Notes under the pieces: model-generated
Databases searched by the model: none
Told to the model about the DNA's origin: nothing
Seen by the model: the letters and a program-made list of their open reading frames with translations, nothing else
Source: an uncultured Opitutia bacterium
GTDB taxonomy: Bacteria > Verrucomicrobiota > Verrucomicrobiia > Opitutales > Opitutaceae
NCBI GenBank assembly: GCA_903900845.1
Contig: CAIUOU010000079.1
Span: forward strand, 3,264-67,263
Direction: 5' to 3'
Length of the DNA: 64,000 nt
Shown: in pieces, positions 27,671 through 39,812 of the stretch
How positions within the stretch are numbered: the stretch's first letter is position 1
Layout: each line of letters starts with the position of its first letter
Made by a program: the position numbers and the translations under genes

Positions 27671-30661
27671 ATGAAAAACTTCCCAACTCTGCTCCTAGCC
27701 GTCGCCACCCTGCTCGGCGGCATCCTGTCCGCCCAACCGGCGCCGGGAGTAGTCACCGGACGGATCTTCAACCCGTCCTCGGGTGAGTACGTGCGCAACG
27801 CGCAAGTACGTCTCGAGGGTACCGCGGTAACCGCGACTTCCGAGGCTGGCGGCGAGTTCCGGCTTTACCCGGTCCCACCCGGGCCGGCGACCGTCGTGGT
27901 CACCTACACCGGCTACCGCGACGCCACCGCCACGGTCACGGTCGGCGCCGGCGCGACGGTCACACAGGACTTCAACCTCGAAAGCACCCTGCTGCCCGCC
28001 GCGACCGCCGGCTCGGTGGTCAAACTAAACGCTTTCACCGTCTCCACCGAGCGTGAGGGCGCCGCGAAGGCCATCATGGACCAACGCAATTCCATGAATA
28101 TCACGAATACCGTCGCTTCCGACACGTTCGGGGACAACGCCGAGGGCAACGTCGGCGAGTTCCTGAAGCACCTGCCGGGCGTAGAGCTGGATCTGTTCTA
28201 CGGCGAGGTGCGCACGGTGCGCCTCGGCGGACTCGGCTCCGAGTACACCTCGGTCACGATGGATGGCATCGCGCTCGCGAGCGTTGACGCCAACAACAGC
28301 GGCTCGGGGGCCGCCCGCTCCTTCACCATGGAGATGGCCTCGCTCAACTCCATGGAGTCGATCGAGGTCTCGAAGACCATCAGCGCCGACGTCGACGCCA
28401 ACGCGCCCGCGGGCACGATCAACCTGCGCACCAAGCGCGCCTTCGACCGTGCGGGGCGCCGCGTCTCCTTCCAGGCCAATATCAACGCCCACTCGGAGGA
28501 ACTCAACCTGGGCAGCCGCCTCGGTCCCGACGAGGATCGCGCGACCCGCAAACTCCGGCCTGGCGGCATCCTCGAGTACTCCGACGTCTTTCTGAACAAA
28601 CGGCTCGGGGTCGTCCTGAACATCAGCGAGTCGAACGTGTACCAGGAAGCGCTGATCACCTCGCAGGGCTACAACGCGACCCCCACCGCGGCCGATCCGC
28701 GGCCACTTGTTCCCACGACGCTCAACTTCCAATGGGCGCCGCGCTTCAACAAGCGTTTCGCGACCACGCTCACCGCCGACTACCGTTTCTCGAGCGAGTT
28801 CAACGCGGGTCTAGGCATCGTCTACAATTACGCCGACCTCTGGACGCCGCAGCGCACCACGATCTTCAACGCGAGCACCCGCACCGCGGTAGTCGGCGCC
28901 GATCCGCTCCTGGGCTTCACCTCCGCTCCGACCGGCACCGTGCAGGTCAACCCGGTCGCGGTCTCGAAGATGGGCGAGACCTTCACCCTGTTGCCCCGCG
29001 TCGCCTACAAGCGCGGCGGTCTCGAGGTGGAGGGCAAGGTCGCGTACTCCGACTCGACCAGTTGGTATGATCCGCTCGGCCGCCGGAACTCGATCCGCGA
29101 CACGAACTCGCCGACCGCCGGCAACGTAACGTTCCGTGCGCAGCGCTCCTCCCCCACCTCGGTCGACTGGCAATTCACGCAGATCGCCGGCCCGGACATC
29201 GCGAACGGCGCGAGCTTCAGCAATCCGAGCGTTACCGTGAACGACGGCCGCTTTGGTCGCACCATCCTCTTCAGCGGCGAGGTCAACGCCACCCTCAAGA
29301 CGCTGAAGGCGCTTCCGATCATCTGGAAAAGCGGAGTGAAGACCCGCCAGCAGATCCAGAAGTTCGAGGACGACCAGCTGGCGAAGCGCTTCGATTACGT
29401 CGGCGGTCCCGCCATCGGGGCGTGGGCTCCGTACCGTTCGCCCTGGGAGTACGACCTCGGCATGAACGGGGGCTCCATCCGCTCGTCCTCCGGCGCCAAC
29501 GTCTTCATGCCCAACCTGCGCGCGCTGGCCGATCTCTACGCGGCGAAGCCCGGCGACTTCCGCCAAAACTGGGGCAGCAACGCCGATAACTTCTACGAAT
29601 CCTACGTCGCCCGCCGCCGTCGCTACTACGAGCGCATCGACGCCGGATTCCTGATGGGCACGGCCTCCCTCCGGGGGCTCACGGCCCGCGCCGGCCTGCG
29701 CTGGGAGGAAACGACGACGGAGGCCAACGAGGCCGACACCCGCACACCCGCGGAACTGCGCGCCGCGGGCTTCCCGGTCAACGCGGCCGGCCGCGCCACC
29801 ACCATCCCGGGCCTCCAGTACCAGTTCCTGTCCCAACCCCGCGTCAACCGGACCGGCAGCTACGACAACCTCTTCCCGAGCGCCTCGCTCAAGTACGGCC
29901 TCCGGCGCAACCTCGACCTTCACTTCGGCTACAGCTCCACCATCCGCCGCCCCTCCTACGTGAACCTGTCCGGTGTCTGGATCGTCAACGACACGGCCCT
30001 CACCGTCACCGCCCCCAACCCGCGCCTGAAGCCGGAGACGTCCGACAACTACGCCGCGCGCGTCGCCTATTATTTCGAGCCGGTGGGCCAGCTCGCCGCC
30101 ACGTTCACCGAACGCCGCGTCGAGAACCTGTTCATCACCGACCGTCTTTCCGCGGAGGAGTTCGGCTACGCGGGTGACCCCGAGTTCGGCAATTACGAGT
30201 TCATCACCTTCGAGAACGGCACCGGCCGCATTCGGATCCGCAGCATGGAGCTGGAGTACAACCAGAGCCTCGCGGCCCTTGGTTCGCTGTTCCGCCGGCT
30301 CTCCGTCCGCGCCTCCTACACCCGGCTCTACGCGGAGGTACCGCGCGCCAACCTCACCCCTCACCTCGCCAGCGGCGGCGTGAACTACACCTACAACCGC
30401 CTGAACCTGTACGCGAACTGGAACTGGTCCGACGATGTGAACACGAACGTCGCCGGCACGACCTACCGCCGGCACCGCACCAACCTCGACGCCGGCGGCG
30501 GCTGGCGCCTGAACAACACGTACTCGGTCTCGGTGAGCGTCCGCAACGTGCTCGATACGCCCTATATCAACATGCAGCGCTTCGCCACAGGCCCCACGGC
30601 GCTCACCCGCCACGAGACCGTCGGGCAGTCGTGGACCGTCGCGCTGAAGGGCAACTTCTGA
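27671..30661 (+). CDS. TonB-dependent receptor (TBDR8)
   Basis: Signal peptide, VTGRIFNPSSGEYVRNAQVRLEG N-domain, IEVSKTISADVDANAPAGTINL plug motif, VSVRNVLD, ends GNF. Confidence 0.93.
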   Translation: MKNFPTLLLAVATLLGGILSAQPAPGVVTGRIFNPSSGEYVRNAQVRLEGTAVTATSEAGGEFRLYPVPPGPATVVVTYTGYRDATATVTVGAGATVTQDFNLESTLLPAATAGSVVKLNAFTVSTEREGAAKAIMDQRNSMNITNTVASDTFGDNAEGNVGEFLKHLPGVELDLFYGEVRTVRLGGLGSEYTSVTMDGIALASVDANNSGSGAARSFTMEMASLNSMESIEVSKTISADVDANAPAGTINLRTKRAFDRAGRRVSFQANINAHSEELNLGSRLGPDEDRATRKLRPGGILEYSDVFLNKRLGVVLNISESNVYQEALITSQGYNATPTAADPRPLVPTTLNFQWAPRFNKRFATTLTADYRFSSEFNAGLGIVYNYADLWTPQRTTIFNASTRTAVVGADPLLGFTSAPTGTVQVNPVAVSKMGETFTLLPRVAYKRGGLEVEGKVAYSDSTSWYDPLGRRNSIRDTNSPTAGNVTFRAQRSSPTSVDWQFTQIAGPDIANGASFSNPSVTVNDGRFGRTILFSGEVNATLKTLKALPIIWKSGVKTRQQIQKFEDDQLAKRFDYVGGPAIGAWAPYRSPWEYDLGMNGGSIRSSSGANVFMPNLRALADLYAAKPGDFRQNWGSNADNFYESYVARRRRYYERIDAGFLMGTASLRGLTARAGLRWEETTTEANEADTRTPAELRAAGFPVNAAGRATTIPGLQYQFLSQPRVNRTGSYDNLFPSASLKYGLRRNLDLHFGYSSTIRRPSYVNLSGVWIVNDTALTVTAPNPRLKPETSDNYAARVAYYFEPVGQLAATFTERRVENLFITDRLSAEEFGYAGDPEFGNYEFITFENGTGRIRIRSMELEYNQSLAALGSLFRRLSVRASYTRLYAEVPRANLTPHLASGGVNYTYNRLNLYANWNWSDDVNTNVAGTTYRRHRTNLDAGGGWRLNNTYSVSVSVRNVLDTPYINMQRFATGPTALTRHETVGQSWTVALKGNF

Positions 30662-30758
30662 GGCACGCCACCGCGCGCCGGCGTTTGACGCCCTACGGTT
30701 CCTTGGAAAGTTGGCGGGACCGGGGTGCCGCCCCGCTTTTCTCCCACCGCCCCGCCCC

Positions 30759-32486
30759 ATGAAGGAAAACTCCTCCCGCCGCTCGTTCCTGCTCCGCTCC
30801 GCCGCCGCTGCGGCCGCCGCCACCGCGGCCGTCACGTCCCCGCGCGGCCTGCGCGCCCAGGCCGCGCCATCCCCGGCCGGCCGCTCCGCCCGCGCCCGCG
30901 AGCTGGCCGCCGACCTCGTGATCATCGGCGGCAGCCTCGGAGGTTGCGCCGCGGCCCTCGCCGCGGCACGCCGGGGCCTGCGCGTGATCATGACGGAAGA
31001 GACCGACTGGATCGGCGGTCAACTCACCTCGCAGGCCGTCCCGCCCGACGAAAACTCCCTCATCGAGACCGTCGGCGGGACGCGCTCCTACCTCGAGCTC
31101 CGCCAGCGGATCCGCGACTTCTACGCGCGCAACTTTCCCCTCTCCGAGAAGGCACGCGCCAATCCACGCCTGAACCCGGGCAACGGCGGCGTTTCCCGCC
31201 TCTGCCATGAACCGCGCGTCGCACTGGCGGCCCTCACCGAGATGCTCGCCCCGCACGTCGCGGGGCGACGCGTCGAGATTCTGCTCCGTCATCGTCCGGT
31301 CGACGCCGCGGTGCAGGGCGATCGCGTCGAGGCCGTGCGCGTGCGCAGCCTCGAGTCCGGCCACGAGCTGGTGCTGCGGGCGCCGCTGTTTGTCGACGCG
31401 ACGGAGCTCGGCGACCTCCTGCCGCTCACCCGCACCGAGTGGGTTTCCGGCGGGGAATCGCGGAGCGAGACCGGCGAACCGCGCGCCAAGGAGAAAGCCG
31501 AGCCCGCCAACCACCAGGCGTTCACCTGCTGCTTCGCGATGGATTATCTCGCCGGCGAGGACCACACCATCGACCGCCCCCGCGACTACGCATTCTGGCG
31601 CGATCATGTGCCGCCGCTCACGCCGCCGTGGTCGGGAAAGCTCCTGAGCCTGTTCTACTCGTCGCCGCGCACGCTTAAGCCCTTCAACATGGGCTTCGAT
31701 CCGTCAAAGGCCACCGGACTCTTCCATTACCGCCGGATCATCGACCGCACGAACTTCGCGCCCGGCACCTACGTCGGGGACATCACCCTCGTGAACTGGC
31801 CCCAGAACGACTACATGCTGGGCAACCTGTTCGACGTGCCGGCCGAGGAGGCCGCGCGCCACCTCGAGGGCGGCAAGCAGCTCAGCTTGTCCTGGCTTTA
31901 CTGGCTGCAGACCGAATGCCCGCGGCCCGACGGCGGCACCGGCTGGAAGGGCCTGCGACTGAGGCCCGATATCGTCGGCACCGAGGACGGCCTCGCCAAG
32001 TATCCCTACGTGCGCGAGAGCCGCCGCATCCGGGCCGAGTTCACCGTGACCGAGCTCCACGTCGGAGCCGAGGCGCGCGCCGCCGCCACCGGCGCCAAGT
32101 CCCCCGCCGAGGCGACCGCCGCGACGTTCGCCGACTCGATCGGCATCGGTAGCTACAACATCGACCTTCACCCCAGCACCGGCGGGGACAACTACATCGA
32201 TTTTCTCGCGCGTCCGTTCCAGATTCCGCTCGGCTCTCTCCTGCCCCGCCGGGTCGAGAACCTCCTAGCCGCCTGCAAGAACATCGGCACCACCCACCTG
32301 ACGAACGGTTGCTACCGCCTCCACCCGGTCGAATGGAACATCGGCGAGGCCGCGGGCGAGCTCGCCGCGTTCTGCCTGGCGGGAAAACACGCGCCGCGCG
32401 CCGTGCGCAACGGGGCGCCGCTCCTCGCGGACTTCCAGTCCCGCCTGACCGCCGCCGGCATGCCGCTCGCCTGGCCGAAAACGTGA
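30759..32486 (+). CDS. FAD-dependent oxidoreductase (FAD_oxidored-type), Tat-exported
   Basis: Start moved to ATG 30759 (SRRSFLL twin-arginine signal). DLVIIGGSLGGCAAALAAAR FAD-binding motif, WIGGQLTSQAVP, FVDATELGDL, PYVRESRRI, YRLHPVEWNIGEAAG. Confidence 0.9.
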   Translation: MKENSSRRSFLLRSAAAAAAATAAVTSPRGLRAQAAPSPAGRSARARELAADLVIIGGSLGGCAAALAAARRGLRVIMTEETDWIGGQLTSQAVPPDENSLIETVGGTRSYLELRQRIRDFYARNFPLSEKARANPRLNPGNGGVSRLCHEPRVALAALTEMLAPHVAGRRVEILLRHRPVDAAVQGDRVEAVRVRSLESGHELVLRAPLFVDATELGDLLPLTRTEWVSGGESRSETGEPRAKEKAEPANHQAFTCCFAMDYLAGEDHTIDRPRDYAFWRDHVPPLTPPWSGKLLSLFYSSPRTLKPFNMGFDPSKATGLFHYRRIIDRTNFAPGTYVGDITLVNWPQNDYMLGNLFDVPAEEAARHLEGGKQLSLSWLYWLQTECPRPDGGTGWKGLRLRPDIVGTEDGLAKYPYVRESRRIRAEFTVTELHVGAEARAAATGAKSPAEATAATFADSIGIGSYNIDLHPSTGGDNYIDFLARPFQIPLGSLLPRRVENLLAACKNIGTTHLTNGCYRLHPVEWNIGEAAGELAAFCLAGKHAPRAVRNGAPLLADFQSRLTAAGMPLAWPKT

Positions 32487-35279
<2,793 letters not shown>

Positions 35280-35339
35280 CGCGGCGGCACCCGGGAAAGA
35301 GCGGGGATTTCCCGAGGGCGCGCCGAGGGGAGGCGACCC

Positions 35340-35367
35340 TTGACTCCCCCCCCGCCCCGCCTAGCTT
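35340..35367 (+). promoter_or_regulatory. Sigma70-type promoter upstream of ileS
   Basis: TTGACT-N16-TAGCTT, ending 20 bp upstream of the ileS ATG. Confidence 0.55.
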
Positions 35368-35387
35368 CGCGCGCCTTTATCACCGGC

Positions 35388-38249
35388 ATGGCCACCGACC
35401 TGAAGGACACCCTGCATCTGCCGCGCACCGACTTCCCCATGCGGGCCGGACTCGCGCAGCGTGAACCCGGCCGGGTGGAACACTGGCGCAAGCTCGACCT
35501 CTACCAGCGGATCCAGGCCAAACGCGCCGGCAGCCAGCAGGTCTTCGTGCTGCACGACGGCCCGCCGTTCACCAATGGCGACGTCCACATCGGCACCGCC
35601 CTCAACAAGTCGCTCAAGGATTTCGTCAACCGCTACAAGTCACTGCGGGGCTTCCGCACCCCGTACGTTCCGGGCTGGGACTGCCACGGGTTGCCCATCG
35701 AGCAGAAGGTGTCGCGCGAGCTGCAGGAGAAGAAAATCTTGCTAGGCACGGCTGAGTTGCGCGCGCGTTGCGACGAGTTTTCCGAGGGTTGGATCGGGCG
35801 CCAGACGGCGCAGTTCCAGCGGCTCGGCGTGCTGGCCGACTGGGCCGCGGGCTACCGCACCAAGGATCCCGGGTTTGAGGCGGACGTCCTGCGCACCTTC
35901 GCCGCCTTTGTGGAGCAGGGCTTGGTCTACCGCAGCAAGAAGCCCGTCTATTGGAGCATCCCGTTCGAGACCGCGCTCGCCGAGGCCGAGATCGAGTACC
36001 AGGACCACGTCTCTCCTTCGATCTGGGTGCGCTTCCCCGTGCCGGAGGCGGAAATCACCCGCCTCTCCCTGCCCGCCGGAAAGCCGCTGTCCGTCCTCAT
36101 CTGGACCACCACGCCCTGGACTCTGCCCGCCAACCTGGGCATCGCGGTGCATCCGGAAGTCGAATACGTGGTCGCCGACACCGGGACCGAGCGCGTGATC
36201 GTCGCGCGCGCCCTGCTGCCGGCCGTCCTGGCATCAGCCGGCGTCACCGCCGCGCCGGACATCGCCGCCGTCGTCCGCGGCGCCGCCCTCGAGGGGCTGG
36301 CGACGCGGCATCCGTTCATCGCACGGCCCGCACCCGTGGTGCTCGCCGACTACGTCACGACCGACAGCGGGACGGGCTGTGTCCACACCGCGCCGGGCCA
36401 CGGCGCCGAGGACTACCAGACGGGCCTGCGTTACAAGCTGGAGATCTATTGCCCGGTGGGGGACGACGGCCGGTACCTCGACGACGGCCGCGTGCCGGCG
36501 GATCTCGTCGGGCTCTCCACCCTGGAGACACCCGAGGATCTCGCCGCGAAGAAGACCTCCGCCGCCAACATCGCGGTGCTGCGCAAGCTGGCCGACGGCG
36601 GCGCGCTCTGGGCGAAGCAGCGCTTCAACCACAGCTACCCGCATTGCTGGCGCTCCAAGACGCCCATCATCTTCCGCGCGGTCGACCAGTGGTTCGTTTC
36701 GCTCGACAAGTCCGGCCACCGCGCGCTGGCACTGCGCGAGATCGCCCGCATGGCGAAGGAGGGCGGCTGGGTCCCCGCCTGGGGCGAGGCGCGCATCCGC
36801 GGCGCGATCGAGTCCCGGCCCGACTGGTGCATCAGCCGCCAGCGCTCATGGGGAGTCCCGATCCCGGCGTTCTACGACGAGCGCAAGCGGGCCTACCTCG
36901 ACGCGGGCGTGGCCCGAGCCATCGCCGACAAGATCGCCGCCCGCGGCTCCAACCTGTGGTACAGCGCGTCCGCCGCCGAACTGCTCGAAGGTGTCGATTT
37001 GCCCGCCGACTGGCCGGCACCCTCCTCCCTCACCTGCGGCCGCGACACCCTCGACGTCTGGATCGACTCCGGCTCGACGCACGCCGCCGTGCTGAAGCGC
37101 GGGCAGGGGGGCACGCACTGGCCCGCCGACCTTTACCTCGAGGGCAGTGACCAGCACCGCGGCTGGTTCCAATCCTCGCTCTGGACCGGGGTCATCGCGC
37201 TGGGCGCCGCCCCCTACCGGCAGGTGCTCACGCACGGCTTCATCGTCGACAAGGCGCGTCAGAAAATCTCGAAGAGCTCGACCTACCAGAAACCCCAGAC
37301 CTCCGACGCCTACGTGGCCCAGCACGGGGCCGACGTCATCCGGCTCTGGATCGCGTCGCAGGATTTCCGCGACGACATCCCGGTCGACGACGAGATCCTG
37401 AAAAACGTCGGGGAAGCGTACCGCCTTTTCCGGAACACATTCCGCTACCAGCTCTCGAACCTGTTCGATTTCGACGCGGCGCGTGACGCCGTGCCGGTCG
37501 CGGAAATGGACACCCTTGATCGCTGGGCGCTCCACCAGACCGCCGAGCTGGTGCGGGAATGCGGGGCGGCCTACGACGCCTACGAATTCCACCGGGTCTA
37601 CCAGCTCTGCAACCAGTTCTGCGCGGTCACGCTGTCCGCCACCTATCACGACGTCCTCAAGGACCGCCTCTACACGCTGGCGACGGGCGCCCGCCAGCGA
37701 CGCTCCTCCCAGACCGCCATCCATCATGTCTTTCACGCCCTGGTGCGAGTGCTCGCGCCGGTGCTGACCTTCACGTGCGACGAGGCCTGGAGTTTCGCCA
37801 CCTCGGGCCGCGAGTATGTCGATGGCTCGGTGCACCTCGAGGATTGGCCGCGGATTCCCGGCGACTGGCACGACCCTGCCCTCGCGGCCGAGGTGGCCGA
37901 GCTGCTGCGGGTGCGCGCCAAGGTGAACGAGGCCATCGAGCCGCACCGCGCCGCCGGCCGTCTCGGGAAATCCCTCGACGCCGCGGTCTCGCTCGCGGCT
38001 CCCGCCGGCACGCCGCAGGCCGCGGCGCTGGAGCGGCATCGCGAGTTGCTGCCCGAGCTCCTCATCGTTTCCGAGGTCACGCTTTCGACCGCCAGCCCCG
38101 CCGGGCTCGAGGTCAACGTGCACACCTGCGCGGACCTTGGCCGCTCCCGCTGCCCGCGTTGCTGGCGCTGGGTGCCCCAGCTGGGTGGCGACGCGGCCCA
38201 GCCCACCTGTCCCCGCTGCACCGAGGCGCTTGACTCCCGGAAGCCCTGA
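35388..38249 (+). CDS. ileS: Isoleucine--tRNA ligase (type 1, C-terminal Zn finger)
   Basis: Start moved to ATG 35388. LHDGPPFTNGDVHIGT, VPGWDCHGLPIE, WTTTPWTLPAN, DWCISRQRSWG, LEGSDQHRGWF, KISKS, CPRCWR...CPRC. Confidence 0.97.
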   Translation: MATDLKDTLHLPRTDFPMRAGLAQREPGRVEHWRKLDLYQRIQAKRAGSQQVFVLHDGPPFTNGDVHIGTALNKSLKDFVNRYKSLRGFRTPYVPGWDCHGLPIEQKVSRELQEKKILLGTAELRARCDEFSEGWIGRQTAQFQRLGVLADWAAGYRTKDPGFEADVLRTFAAFVEQGLVYRSKKPVYWSIPFETALAEAEIEYQDHVSPSIWVRFPVPEAEITRLSLPAGKPLSVLIWTTTPWTLPANLGIAVHPEVEYVVADTGTERVIVARALLPAVLASAGVTAAPDIAAVVRGAALEGLATRHPFIARPAPVVLADYVTTDSGTGCVHTAPGHGAEDYQTGLRYKLEIYCPVGDDGRYLDDGRVPADLVGLSTLETPEDLAAKKTSAANIAVLRKLADGGALWAKQRFNHSYPHCWRSKTPIIFRAVDQWFVSLDKSGHRALALREIARMAKEGGWVPAWGEARIRGAIESRPDWCISRQRSWGVPIPAFYDERKRAYLDAGVARAIADKIAARGSNLWYSASAAELLEGVDLPADWPAPSSLTCGRDTLDVWIDSGSTHAAVLKRGQGGTHWPADLYLEGSDQHRGWFQSSLWTGVIALGAAPYRQVLTHGFIVDKARQKISKSSTYQKPQTSDAYVAQHGADVIRLWIASQDFRDDIPVDDEILKNVGEAYRLFRNTFRYQLSNLFDFDAARDAVPVAEMDTLDRWALHQTAELVRECGAAYDAYEFHRVYQLCNQFCAVTLSATYHDVLKDRLYTLATGARQRRSSQTAIHHVFHALVRVLAPVLTFTCDEAWSFATSGREYVDGSVHLEDWPRIPGDWHDPALAAEVAELLRVRAKVNEAIEPHRAAGRLGKSLDAAVSLAAPAGTPQAAALERHRELLPELLIVSEVTLSTASPAGLEVNVHTCADLGRSRCPRCWRWVPQLGGDAAQPTCPRCTEALDSRKP

Positions 38250-38265
38250 TCCCCCAAAAAACCCC

Positions 38266-39207
38266 ATGGCCTCAAACCACAAGAAACCCGCGAGCAAACG
38301 GAAGACCTCCGCCGGAGCCAAATCCGCTCCGCAATCCGCCCGCAATACCGAGTCCAAGCCGGCATCGAAATCCGCGGCCAAACCAGCGCCCGCGGTCAAA
38401 TCCGCCGGCAAACCGGCACCCGCCGCCGTCCCGGCCGCGAAATCTCCAACCATGGAAAAAACCTCCAAGAAGACCGCCCTGCGCGACAGCATCCTGAAGC
38501 GCAAGGCCCCTTCCAAGCCCATCGCCTTCAGCCTAGACGAGGTCCGCGCCATCGCGAAAACCGTCTCCACCAAAGCCGGCACCTCCGCTCCCGCCAAGGG
38601 GGCGGTTAAATCCGGAACCAAGGCCGCACCCGCCGTCGCCGCGCCCCAGAAGGCCAAACCGCAGCACGTCAAGGCGGCGTCGGTGGCCGACATCCTCGGC
38701 TTCAACCCCAAGCGCGGAAAGACCGCGCCGGCGTTTTCCGACAAGGATGTGCCCGAGAAATTCAAGCGCTTCCACAAGCTGCTCGTGGACCTCCGCTCCC
38801 ACCTCACCGAGGAAATCGAGCGGCACTCCGAGGAGACCCTCAAGCGCTCCGCGAAGGACGACGCCGGCGACCTTTCCGCCTACGGACAGCACATGGCCGA
38901 CGCCGGAACCGACACCTTCGACCGCGACTTCGCCCTGAGCATGGTCGCGAGCGAGCAGGAGGCGCTCTCCGAGATCGACGCCGCGATCAAACGTGTCCAC
39001 GACGGCACCTACGGAGTCTGCGAGATCACGCAGAAACCCATCGCCAAGGAGCGTCTGCTGGCCGTGCCGTTCACCCGTTATTCCGCCGAGGCCCAGAAGG
39101 GCATCGAGCGCAACCGTCTCCGCTCCCGGACCCAGGCCGGTCTCTTCGGCGAGATGGGAGAGGAAGGCGGAAAGATGATGGACGAGGGCGGCGGCGGCGA
39201 CGACTGA
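38266..39207 (+). CDS. dksA: DksA/TraR family protein with a long Lys/Ala/Pro-rich N-terminal extension
   Basis: Start moved to ATG 38266. Coiled coil with HMADAGTDTFDRDF, EIDAAIKRVHDGTYGVCEITQKPIAKERLLAVP. Lies in an ileS-dksA-lspA gene order. Confidence 0.82.
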   Translation: MASNHKKPASKRKTSAGAKSAPQSARNTESKPASKSAAKPAPAVKSAGKPAPAAVPAAKSPTMEKTSKKTALRDSILKRKAPSKPIAFSLDEVRAIAKTVSTKAGTSAPAKGAVKSGTKAAPAVAAPQKAKPQHVKAASVADILGFNPKRGKTAPAFSDKDVPEKFKRFHKLLVDLRSHLTEEIERHSEETLKRSAKDDAGDLSAYGQHMADAGTDTFDRDFALSMVASEQEALSEIDAAIKRVHDGTYGVCEITQKPIAKERLLAVPFTRYSAEAQKGIERNRLRSRTQAGLFGEMGEEGGKMMDEGGGGDD

Positions 39208-39236
39208 TCCGCGCAACCTCCCGGTCCGCCCCCGCC

Positions 39237-39806
39237 ATGCCCGCCGCGCCGGAAACCGCCCCCACCGGACGTCCGGACGGCGGACCCGCCCGCTCCCCGC
39301 GCCGCACCCGCTTGGCGGCCTATCGCCGCTTTTGGAGGCTCGCCGCCATCGTTTTGGTTCTCGATCAGGTCACAAAGCTGCTGGTGGTCGCCGGACTTCC
39401 CTACAACGCCCTCCATTCCCACGCGCCGGGATTGGGCGTGGATGTCATTCCGGGATTCCTGCACCTTATCCACGTGGGCAACACCGGCGCCGCGTGGAGC
39501 ATCCTCTCGGGACGCAGCCTGCTGCTCGCCGGATTGGCGGCCGTCACGCTCGCGGGAATCTACTTTTGGCGCCACTCGCTGGGACTCCGAGAACCCGCGG
39601 GCCAAAACGCCTTCGGGCTGCTCTGTGGGGGCGTTGCGGGAAATCTGATCGACCGCCTGGCGCACGGCCACGTGATCGACTTCCTGGACCTCCATTTCGG
39701 CAGCTACATCTATCCCACCTTTAACGTGGCCGACTCCGGCATCTGCGTCGGCGTGGGACTCTACCTCTGGCATTCCCTGCGGGCACCGTCGCCGGACGGC
39801 CGCTGA
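39237..39806 (+). CDS. lspA: Lipoprotein signal peptidase II
   Basis: LDQVTK, NTGAAWS, GGVAGNLIDR, VIDFL, FNVADSGI. Confidence 0.95.
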   Translation: MPAAPETAPTGRPDGGPARSPRRTRLAAYRRFWRLAAIVLVLDQVTKLLVVAGLPYNALHSHAPGLGVDVIPGFLHLIHVGNTGAAWSILSGRSLLLAGLAAVTLAGIYFWRHSLGLREPAGQNAFGLLCGGVAGNLIDRLAHGHVIDFLDLHFGSYIYPTFNVADSGICVGVGLYLWHSLRAPSPDGR

Positions 39807-39812
39807 ACGGCG

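Noticed and set aside
8498-30661. Possible shufflon or phase-variable receptor cassette system
   Set aside because: All receptors are full-length with their own signal peptides. I saw no recombinase, no repeated crossover sites and no silent partial cassettes. Similarity is at paralogue level with many synonymous differences.
36846-38843. 665-aa - strand ORF across ileS/dksA
   Set aside because: Antisense to two well-supported genes, with no independent homology signal.
35388-39806. ileS-dksA-lspA gene order as a novelty
   Set aside because: ileS-lspA linkage is a well-known conserved arrangement. Only the unusual DksA features were kept as findings.
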